From positions 881,165 through 945,164 of the forward strand of contig JAQGDQ010000041.1 of the NCBI GenBank assembly GCA_030141605.1: a stretch of 64,000 bases of DNA. The letters run 5' to 3'. A model generated the notes under the pieces. The model was given only the letters and a program-made list of their open reading frames with translations, did no database searches and was not told where the DNA came from. Position numbers and translations under genes: made by a program. The stretch comes from Tubiluchus corallicola (lineage: Eukaryota > Animalia > Priapulida). This document shows positions 54,367 through 64,000 of the stretch, piece after piece (position 1 is the first letter of the stretch; each line of letters begins with the position of its first letter).

Positions 54367-54980
54367 TGTAGGGCACAGAGTATGCCACTAGCTGAAGTAG
54401 GATACTTCCGCTAAAGTGCATGTGCTAAATTTCTGGAAAAGCTGTGTCGTACATGGGCAGACCAAGTAAGGCACAGGCGATTTCTGTCGAAAATTGAGAA
54501 TTACGACATAATAAAACATGAAACTAAATTTGTTTTAGAAAAAAAGTAACTTTATAATAATGATGGATATTCCTTGACACTTATTTGTCCAATAGGTAGT
54601 GAAATTGATCACCTGTCTGTGAAGCAATGCAAAATAAAAAAATGATATATCTTAAGCAAATGCTGGAATTGCTTAAAACCGTGCTTATTTCACTTCAAAA
54701 AGATTAATATCGAAGTCAAAATTAATATTGGCTGTTATACTAGCTCAGAATAAGATTCTTTTTTGTCAGATGTATAATAAATTATTCAACGTGTACTGAC
54801 GTTTTCAATTATATTATTATTAAATAATAAAGGACAACGGACGCTGCCAGTACGGTTAACGATTCAATTCGTGACCTGTATCTAGAGTCCTACTTGGGCA
54901 TCCCACGTACGACGCATCCTGCTTGACTAGCCCATCTACGCCAATTGTAATACTTCAGCTGGTGACTTCCTCTGCTCTAA
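54367..54980. mobile_element. MITE family A, copy 2 (more diverged)
   Basis: Starts TGTAGGGCACAGAGTATGCCACTAGCTGAAGTAGGATACTTCCG. About 200 bp at the left and about 110 bp at the right align with 23596-24104, while the middles differ. Confidence 0.8.
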
Positions 54981-55266
54981 AAAGCTGGAATTTTTCATGA
55001 GTCTATACCTACACGACTCGTAAAGTTTACAGGTGTCTCGATACAGTCATCAACTAACAAGAAGCTTTAACGGTAGCGATTAAACGATAATGATACTAAA
55101 CCCACTAAATTCCAAAACGTAACAGTTACACTACAACTATAACATCATTGTGAACAGGTTCTATGATTTTCACTTTCCACTTTGTTGTCATTAGTGACGA
55201 GCATGCTGACATACATTTCATAACGTGCTGCCACCGTGTAACGATTAAACGTACGAAATTTGAGAT

Positions 55267-58200
55267 ATGGCGCCTGCCACTGATATAGGTTTGATTTTCA
55301 TTATTAGTGTCTTAGCAGGTTTGGCAACTTTATCTACTGAAGAAAAAAGTTGGAAAGAAAAAGATATTACAGACTATAACGACGCTGATATGGAGCGATT
55401 GCTAGATCAGTGGGAGGTAGGAAAATAGAGTGTAGGTAAACAGTTATGCTAACTTTGCACTTGTTTTCTGCAGAACTTTCAAAATATGTACGAAGATTGT
55501 AAACGTTAACCGTTACATCCTAATTGCTAACACATTGATTAGTCTATAGCAGTACGAGTGTATTTAAGGAGTATACACTATTATGCATGTAAGGTCACAC
55601 CTCACTGATTTCCTTGCTTCTTCTGTTTTGAGTTGCACGTCAAATTAGCTGTTGTTTTTCTGTCTGTCCCAAACATTCTATTCCCATGTATTCCATGTTC
55701 CCGTACCAAGCTGTATAAGCTTTTGATGTCATAACGATGACTAAGTATGCAGAGTATATCCGACGTCCCAATGAGTTGCTTAAATGAAAGCAGTCAGCTG
55801 ACAGTGGAATAATTGTTGTTTTTCAGCTATACAGCAGCGAAGCTGGTTGACTGGTTTTACTGAGACAATAACGTGGCCTCAGTGGCAAGGTTTTTTGCCT
55901 ACATAAGTGAGGAATTAGAATTCATCATATAATCAATTTAGTGTACATAGGATAATCAAATAGCATTTTATTATAAATTTATTATTAATAAATTTATATA
56001 TTAATTAAATTAAATAATATGGTAAAGACCCAATCTTAAACTGTAGCTGAAAATAATCTAACCTACAAAACTCTAAAAGGGAACATACTGTTTTTTAAGA
56101 TTGACTTACGTGAAAGAATTATTACAGCTGAAACCTATTTTCGGCTTCTGGAGGCTATACTGGTTCTTCAATGTTACAGGCATTTCACCATTTGCTAATA
56201 AGATGGGCAATGGCACCTGCATCTCAGAAACGCATTGCAGAAAAAGTAGCTGAAGGTGCTGTACCTCTCAGTTCACGTGTGGGTCAGTTGTGATGTGGTG
56301 CGCACATTCTAAAGCTCATGCATGAGCAGAACGATAAACATAAAATTTAAATTTTTAAACTTAAAATTTGCAGAAATTTGTGATTTACACTAAATGTTGT
56401 ACAGTAGCACTGTACCTCAATTTTCGTCTTGCAAACATGTGCTAGACGCTCATGGAATGTTTGTGCTGTTGAGAATTATGTTCAGTGTTGTCACAATGTA
56501 AATATTGCAAAAAAAATAAATTAATTCTAATAGGCCACAGTTGCAAACTAGCCTACCTGCACAACATTTACCTGAACTCAAAGTTTCTAGGAAAACATGC
56601 ACTTTGAAGCTGGAGTACCACATGCCAGTGTGATTCACAATGAAATTTCTGTATTCGACAAATTCAGACAGTTATCGCTTAGCTCACGCTTTTACATACA
56701 TGCTGTCAATCATATTTTGCTTGTTTTTCTTAGTCTTTATAATAACTGTTGTAATTTTTCTTAGTTTTTATAATAACTGTTGTAATTTTAGTTGGTGTAC
56801 TTCAAAATTTACTTTACGCCTGCCAATTCTTGCATTCTCAACTTCTTGTATGTATGAATGTGCCAGCTGTTCCTGATAATAAGTTTTCAACCTATAGCAA
56901 GTTCTACTGTTTCTCTTAGCTGTTCAAACTGTGCATGAAAATTATATTAGATAGCTCTAGTTGCCAGCCTTTCCTGTGCCATATTGAATTGCTATGATAT
57001 TCATAATTGTATACTGGTCAGTATGCAAATTACATAATCTTGATATGTGCTGACAAAATATCAAATGATGATTTGTGTGCATGTGCTGAAGAAGTCCAGA
57101 TAAACAAATCCAAACAAGAGGACTTCGTTGGCTAGGTCATGAGCTAACTATTGTTTGAGCTTCTGAGATATGTTCTGTGTGTATCTCACTACCTACACCC
57201 TTCAATCAAGAAAAAACAAAAGGATTTAGCAAATGCAGTCTCTTAATTTCAGAAACTGTATGTTGTGGGTTGTAATCACAGATATATGTGCTTGGCTTGA
57301 ATTTGGCATCAGATTTCATTTATTTTTGTCATAACCAGAACTGTCTCTGTATTAACTGTTTATTTATTATGACTATTTAGCAACTGAAGTTAAGCAGAAA
57401 TGTTGATTCTTGTCAGTAAACAGATTGGTGACTGCAAAGTTCAGTACTTGTTCAGGCAGCTTCATCTGCCACACTTTCTGTAACAGTTACTTGAGCAGAA
57501 AGGATGTATGCATTACACACGCCTGAATAAATATGTGGCTGATTGGCTGAGAAATTCCACACTGGTCCACTATCTCGTGTTAAAGGAGCATCCTTATTAA
57601 TAGAATTGATTCAGGTTCTGCCCCAACCATCTACATCGAATAGGCTTTGCCATTGACTGTTCGATTCTATCTTGAAAGGTATCAAACTGTATTGAAAAAA
57701 ACACACCATTGTTCCTTTTAATGGAGAAGGTTTTGAAAGTCATGGCCCCCAAGGCACTCCCTATGTCCCTTTATGCATAAATGGTCTCACACTTGTGATA
57801 CATTATCTTTGTACAGAATTGTTCCCATTTGAACATTTTTCTGATTAACAATGTATTATAAGCAAGCAGCATGTCACTGATATTTCCTTACTCACTTGAT
57901 GATTAGTCAATTGATTTTCAGTGTACATCATATCCATATCAAATGTGGAGAGATGCTCTGATTGTCTAATCTAACTTTGTCTAGTAGACTCAAGTCATTT
58001 AAACACTGCACAAGGTTAGTCACAATGAAATACTACCAGTTCATGACAACTGTGAGCTGATACATGGATCCTAACAGCTTCCTGATTCTTTTTTTAGTTT
58101 GGAAAGTGGAATAGCTGTGATCCAATCCTAATGTAGTGCACCACATTATAATGACTTTCTGAACAATGAGACATAGAAGAGTTGCATACTCTAAAAGCAA

Positions 58201-61200
58201 TAATTTTTTGTTTTACACACCCTGATGACATGTTAATGTTTAATGAAAACAGTTTCTTGCATGCACTTTCCCCACAACTTACAACTTACAATAGGTGGTG
58301 AGTGCAATGATATTGGCTGATATAGAAGTAAATTTTCTGTTCAACGTATCAGCAACATGAGGTGAATTCCTTCCTACAAAATCATCAGTGATTATTCAGC
58401 AGTTTGCATAAATAAAATGTGTTTTTTGTTTGGTGAAATGTTTTGTATGCCTAGAAAATGTGTAGGTATTCTTAATGATATTCTACAGCTGCAGCCTATA
58501 ATTTAATGTGTGTGATTTGGATACAAATCGACTAATTGGTCGTCTGTATTGCAGTTTTGACATAAAAATTGCACTAGAAAAAAATGGCATGGTAAAAATG
58601 GCACAGGAAAAAATGGCACAGGTAAAATGGCACAGGAAAATATGGCACAAATGGAAAAGTAGATAAAAATAGTGCAGGTAAAAAAGGCACATATGTCATT
58701 TTGATGCAATTGATTTTTATACCAAAACTAGAATGCACTCAGTAGGAAGCAGGCATTTCTTCCAAAGCCGAACAATCCTAAACTTATTCATCTGATTTTT
58801 TATTAAAGAACGTAAGACAAAGATAAACATTGGAAACATACACAATTTTTCATGTATTTGGTATTTTATAGACTAGCAAAATTTTTGTTCATTAAATAGA
58901 ATTATAAGTAATATTTCACATATAATTGTTTATCTGCCTTTGTTTAATTGTTAACTGTGGCGATATATATGCATATTTACATACTAAATTGGCTTACAAG
59001 GTTTATACACAAAGACAAAAGTTATAAACAGTGTTGCAGAGTTTTCCAAGCAAGGATTTCTCAAAATGGAACCTAGAACTAACTCATAGTTGTATGTCCA
59101 GGTGAGATAATAAAAATGAAGTACTAAACACTCCCTCTAAGACCTTCATGAAGTGCTTCACGAACGTTTTTTGTACGTGGTGCTCTGTCAAGTTTCGCGA
59201 AAAAAGAACCGGCGAAAAGATACCCATTTTGGCACCCTATACCCACCCTTCTTCACAAAGTTATGGAAATCTGTTAGATAGTTTTTGTGTAGTAGGCTTA
59301 CTGCCATAAAAGACAAAAACCAGCCAAACAAACAAACTGTGTTGAAGTATAACTTCATTGACAGAGGTAAAAATAACAAAAATAATTATACACCACTGTA
59401 ATCTTAACCCTAAACACATATATTACTAAGTGTGCCATTTTTACCTACTTTTCCATTTGTGCCATTTTTTCCTGTGCCACTTTTACCGTGCCATTTTTCC
59501 TGTACCATTTTCACCTATGCCATTTTACCTACTTTTCCATTTGTGGCATTTTTACCTGTGCCGTTTTTACCTACTTTTCCGTTTGTGTTATTTTATCTGT
59601 GTCATTTTTACCTACATTCAGTCAAATTACATCCATAGAGCAAAATCAGTATACCTGGCACAAACCATTTATCGTAAAATACGGCTTTTTGTTTTAATTG
59701 CCATGGAAATAATCAAATACATTACAGAACTCAAGTATGGGAAAGTAGTGAAAAAAGGGGATTTATGCCTGGCATTGGCATGGCGTGATTTACCCATACC
59801 CAGCGTGATCTACTAAGCAGGCAAATGTTTTTTTCAGGACGGTTGGTCAGGTTTACACATCACAATTGTGCTCTAGATAGTGACTAATAGTCTGCGCAAA
59901 CAATTTTTTCAAAAGGCAGTGTGAGGTCTAACTAACCGATCAGAAAGAAACGCGTCAGTAAGTTTTAACGTTCGGAAGCGTCACGTGATTTATCGCCCGT
60001 CTTATTCCTTTTCTGGAACGTTCTAGAAAAATCGCCGAAATTCAGCATACACGGCTACTCTTTTCCAGCAAAGTCTAGTTTGTGCGCCAGCACGCTAGAA
60101 GCTTCGAGAAAAATTCATAACTGAGCCGGAACATATAAACGCAGCTGATAGGCCGGCTTAAGCAAGTACTAACTGTATTTTGTAAACGAGTGGAGTTCAG
60201 AGTTCTACCGTTCTACTTGAATATCACCGAATTTGCATTACTTTGGAGGATAATTGCTATTTTGAAAGTACATATTCAGTAATTCATACATTTGTAGCAA
60301 AAAGTTGCACCAGCTTTGCGTAACCGAACTAAGATAATGTCTCTGATTGTGCCGTTTGACTTTTATGAATCCTTTTCGCCGTATAATACCCTGGATAGGC
60401 TCGTGCGAGACATGAAAAGATTTGAGAGGATATTGCCTCCTCAAGACTTGGGTTTTGGACGAAGGTACGGTTTGACGACTAGCCAAGGTGTCGACCAGCA
60501 AGGAAGAAAGACTGTGGATATGCATTTCAACATGAAAGAGTACAAACCCGAGGAGATCAAGGTTACAGCTGATGGTAATGTGTTGAAAGTAGACGCAAAG
60601 CACGAAGAGGAGACGAAGAATAGTAAAATTCACAGGGAATGTCATCAAGCGTTCACCTTGCCAGATGACACCGATGTGCAAGCTCTGAAATCATCTTTGG
60701 ACCAAGGCGTGCTATCCATTAGAGTACCTCTTAATACACCTGCTGCTGTTGAAGTGGCAAATAGTACTGCTATTCCAATAGAGTTTGTGAACAAGACAAA
60801 GAGCAAATTGTAAATGATGGTGTTCCATTGTATACTATAAATGGCAACATTGTAAATTATTACGTTTTTGTTATGTCATTCATCAAACAAATTTGTTATA
60901 AATTAATGTAAATGTTAAATGTAGTAATAAATATAGCGACTCTGAGAAGAGTGGATTTTAATCCCGTTATAGCAAAGTACAGCAAGTCTTTGTAGTTGTA
61001 AGTTTTGGTAATGGATTGCTTACAGTCATAAACATGTTATTACTCTGTTTAACGAAAAGCCCAATTAGTTCCACATAAAGAACAGTATTTAAATTTAAAT
61101 TGGATAACTTATTCAGAGATTGCTAAATAACAAAACAATTTTTTAATTGTACGTAATTTATTTTATTACTGTAACCGAAGAAGTATGTTTGTAATTGCTA

Positions 61201-62060
61201 TTTTATATTTTAACAGAATTCAGGTGCAAGCATTCATTTGTAATATTTTTGTTAATTCTTGAAATAAATTAGTGTGTACTTTTAAAATGTAATTTTCTGT
61301 TATTAGTTCTTGTGGTGTGTTCAAAACATTTCATTACATTTTCCCATCATAAATTTTGTACTCTTGGGACAACAGTTTAGGGCCAAAATTTTTCAATGTC
61401 AAGTCTGTCAGTCAGTGAAAGCAAGAAAGTATTTCATTCACTGGCTGATTCTGGATGTTAACCTCGTTATTAAATTGAGGATGAGGGTTCGCATCTAGAC
61501 ATCACTAAGATGCCATTACCGGTTCAGTATTTCAGCTTAGCAGATTAGACTTGATAATGACCCAGATTCCAATCTTGCTGCTGCCATCATAGGTGAGTTT
61601 TGGTACTGAATGCTGGATTTGAATTTCCAGTGTCCCAAACTGATTTAAATTTTCATTCCAGTTTCACAAAAAGTGTTGCAAGGGGAAAACATCAAAACAC
61701 AGATTTTAATAATTCAAATCAATCATTTGTTAAGCTTCATTTTGCTTTTAACAGCTTTTAAAAACAATCAATGACAATCAGTTTAACTATGGATGATTAT
61801 TATGCAGCGCTTCATATTACTGACTGATTTGCAATATTTTGAATCTAGTTCACTTCTAGTGGCATTTGTTTTAAAGTGAGTTGATTTCTCTTTTTAGGCA
61901 AATGACGAGGATGAATTAGAACCAGATGAACTACCGCCGTATAAACGACCCCCACGGGGTGATCCTATAGATTTGTCAAAAATAGACCCAAATGATCCAG
62001 AAGGTTTGATGCGTTTAACAAAAAAAGGACAAACTGTTATGATGTTTGTTAAGCTTGGAG
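55267..62060 (+). CDS. MESD: LRP chaperone MESD/Boca, exons 1-2 (3' part not seen in window)
   Basis: Exon 1 (55267-55416) has a signal peptide and then WKEKDITDYNDADMERLLDQWE. Exon 2 (61898-62060) reads ANDEDELEPDELPPYKRP...IDLSKIDPNDPEGLMRLTKKGQTVMMFV. Both match MESD signature motifs, and the GT-AG junction is in frame. Confidence 0.92.
56169..56310 (-). repeat. Dispersed repeat fragment (inverted copy of 765-896)
   Basis: Contains GGTGCTGTACCTCTCAGTTCA, the reverse complement of the core near 796-816. Confidence 0.75.
58565..59615. mobile_element. Foldback-like composite element, copy 2 (internal Helentron-like insert at about 58726-59370)
   Basis: Same AAAAATGGCAC and GTGCCATTTTT arms and the same internal sequence (AACTAGAA..., GAACTAACTCATAGTTG, ATGAAGTGCTTCACGAACGTTTTT, AAACTGTGTTGAAG) as 1346-2565. 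Confidence 0.8.
60010..60139 (+). promoter_or_regulatory. Heat-shock promoter: two HSE arrays and a TATA box
   Basis: TTCtgGAAcgTTCtaGAA (60011-60028, four perfect inverted nGAAn units), GAAgcTTCgaGAA (60098-60110, three units), and TATAAA at 60134-60139. Confidence 0.9.
60337..60813 (+). CDS. Small heat-shock protein (HSP20/alpha-crystallin family), 158 aa, intronless CDS
   Basis: MSLIVPF... is followed by the alpha-crystallin domain FNMKEYKPEEIKVTADGNVLKVDAKHEE...FTLPDDTDVQALKSSLDQGVLSIRVP, the C-terminal IXI motif IPI, and the ending KTKSKL. ATG at 60337 (the track start at 60316 is TTG); AATAAA at 60926-60931. Confidence 0.95.
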   Translation: MSLIVPFDFYESFSPYNTLDRLVRDMKRFERILPPQDLGFGRRYGLTTSQGVDQQGRKTVDMHFNMKEYKPEEIKVTADGNVLKVDAKHEEETKNSKIHRECHQAFTLPDDTDVQALKSSLDQGVLSIRVPLNTPAAVEVANSTAIPIEFVNKTKSKL

Positions 62061-62179
62061 GTAACTGTTGTTTACTCATTATTTTGTATCTTACATACCT
62101 TCTTGTATTTCTGTAGTAATACCTGTGTTTTGTGTTTAGCCTTTCCTGTTTCTCTTTTTGTTCTTTTTTGCTGTTTCTC

Positions 62180-62185
<6 letters not shown>

Positions 62186-62210
<25 letters not shown>

Positions 62211-62236
62211 CTCTCTCCCTCTCTCCCTCTCTCCCT

Positions 62237-62278
<42 letters not shown>
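62186..62278. repeat. (CT)n microsatellite
   Basis: Seen directly: about 90 bp of CT/CCCT. Confidence 0.95.
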
Positions 62279-62283
<5 letters not shown>

Positions 62284-63089
62284 GCATACTAAATGATCAA
62301 TAAATTGCTATACAGATATGAAATATCACGCATAACAATAGTGAACTGCTAAAAAAGTAATACTATGCTTATCTAACACAAGAAAAACATTGATGAATTA
62401 TAAAATGTGTACAAAATGTAAAAGTGAAAAGCATTTGAGAAAAATCACATGGTAGAACATGCTTAAAATATAATTACTTGCTCTTTCACACATATTTCTC
62501 TTAACAAACACACAAGCAAAGTGCTTTTGTGTACTACTGATTTCAGTATAACACTGCCAAGTAAGACCTAGCATTTTATTACAAATATGTGAATATAAAG
62601 TTAGTTTGCCTGAGCTATACATATAGTACTTTACAAATTACAATAACAACAATGAAGGACAGTCAGAGATAGCTCAGCGGTTTCATGCAGTGTCATTCAA
62701 GGCAAACTGGATACTTTCCATATGGGTCGCAGTAAGAGCGCTATTTCATGCTTTCTAGGTCACACAAAAAGTAACTTGAAAAACATCCCAACGTCAACCT
62801 AAACAACCGACAATACTATTGAAAAATGGTTCACAATTGTAAATCCAATTATCCTCACTTCAAGAGATACACACTTACTAAGTTAAAAATGCTTAGAGCT
62901 CATCTTTACGAATGGCAAGTTATGAAAGATCACTACCATCTAAGTGATTGTTGATGAATGGCACCACAGACAGTTCACTAACAATGCGTACTTTTAATGA
63001 AAAGTATTTTTGATGACCAAAATGCTAAATTAGAGTCCAATTTTAAGAACAAGATAATTGGTCACTTAATGAAAGTAGCAAGATTGTAC

Positions 63090-63220
63090 CTTCCTAATCC
63101 AGCAACGCAGTGTACTGCAATACAACAACCAGGATCTTCGCGAAATCTTTTCTTCAAAAGTAAGATCCAATCTTCAACAATATTCTCAGGTGGAGGACTA
63201 CCATCATCAAAGCACCAATC
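63090..63220 (-). CDS. PTP4A1: Internal exon of a PRL/PTP4A protein tyrosine phosphatase (catalytic exon)
   Basis: 131-nt exon with acceptor TTTCGCAG and donor GTACAA, encoding [43 protein letters not shown](R). This holds the PRL WPD-loop equivalent and the HCVAGLGR active site. Other exons are not seen. Confidence 0.9.
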
Positions 63221-64000
63221 CTGCGAAATTAAAAGACAAAGCTTTTTAAGTATTAAACTACTACAAGATACAGTTTTAACAGCTCCGCTGTAGAAATTGC
63301 ATTGCAAAATAATGCAAGCTCTATAGGAGGAATGTAATGACTGGTTTACAACTTTTAACATTCTTACTGAAATCAGGGAAATGCTGAATTAAATTGTCAA
63401 AATCTTGTTCAGTGGTCTAGATACATCTTAAAAACGAACTTTCGTGCCTTACAGATTGCTTTTTTGTCCAAAAGTGTGCTTATTATGTTTTGGGATGCCT
63501 AAAATCAACAAAAATAAGTTTTTAAGACTGCCTGTGCAAAATTTTGAAAAATTTGTTGGGTGCCCTTTGAAAAACAGTCACAGTGCGATACCCCAGTCAC
63601 CCGAGAAAACTATAACAGTTAAGTTGTAACATCCATGGGGGTGAGCAAATTTATGAATTACCTGAACAGAGACCACTTTTTAATTATGAAATACCAACTT
63701 TTGCAAAAAAGGCCAAAAGGAGGCCCAAAAGTTTTTAGCTTTCTATTTCTTGCAAACATCCTGAAATCAAGAATAACCATGAATGAGGTGGCACAGTGAC
63801 ACTAAAATCGAGATGACTTATTGTACATCTACGTATACAAATCATACATAGGCCTACCAACACAATTAATATATGCTAGCAGCATCATACGTATTTTAAC
63901 ACTGAGATTTCAACTTAAATTGACAACTAAGGGCTTATTTTGAGGTAAACAGAGTTGCAGTGAAACAGAAAGTTAAAACTATTAAAGCCAACAACACTTA

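Noticed and set aside
60238-60681. 147-aa ORF antisense to the sHSP
   Set aside because: A shadow ORF of the real coding strand with no recognisable features.
62046-62303. ER-repeat and LS-repeat ORFs
   Set aside because: They are translations of the (CT)n microsatellite.

Overview
AT-rich, intron-containing genomic DNA from an invertebrate animal; it is not prokaryotic, so most ORFs in the supplied track are spurious. Splicing exons by hand at GT-AG boundaries gives seven protein-coding loci. Five look complete: BAG1 (minus, 6 coding exons, 191 aa), MTERF3 (minus, 4 coding exons, 419 aa), a MIF4GD/SLIP1-like gene (plus, 5 coding exons, 265 aa), an uncharacterised coiled-coil gene starting MGCSSS (minus, 14 coding exons, 581 aa), and an intronless small heat-shock protein gene (60337-60813). 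Two are partial: the first two exons of MESD (plus) and one catalytic exon of a PRL/PTP4A phosphatase (minus). A tRNA-Arg(TCG) lies at 392-464. Non-coding DNA holds many non-autonomous transposons (hAT MITEs with 8-bp TSDs, other MITEs, a solo LTR, CR1-like LINE remnants, two copies of a foldback/Helentron-like composite) and an 82-bp tandem repeat. The most notable feature is the sHSP: it has its own HSE/TATA promoter, is nested on the same strand inside MESD intron 1, and ends in a canonical peroxisomal PTS1 (-KSKL). Also notable, MESD and PTP4A meet head-on at a (CT)n tract with both 3' ends missing. All protein identifications come from recalled motifs, not database searches.
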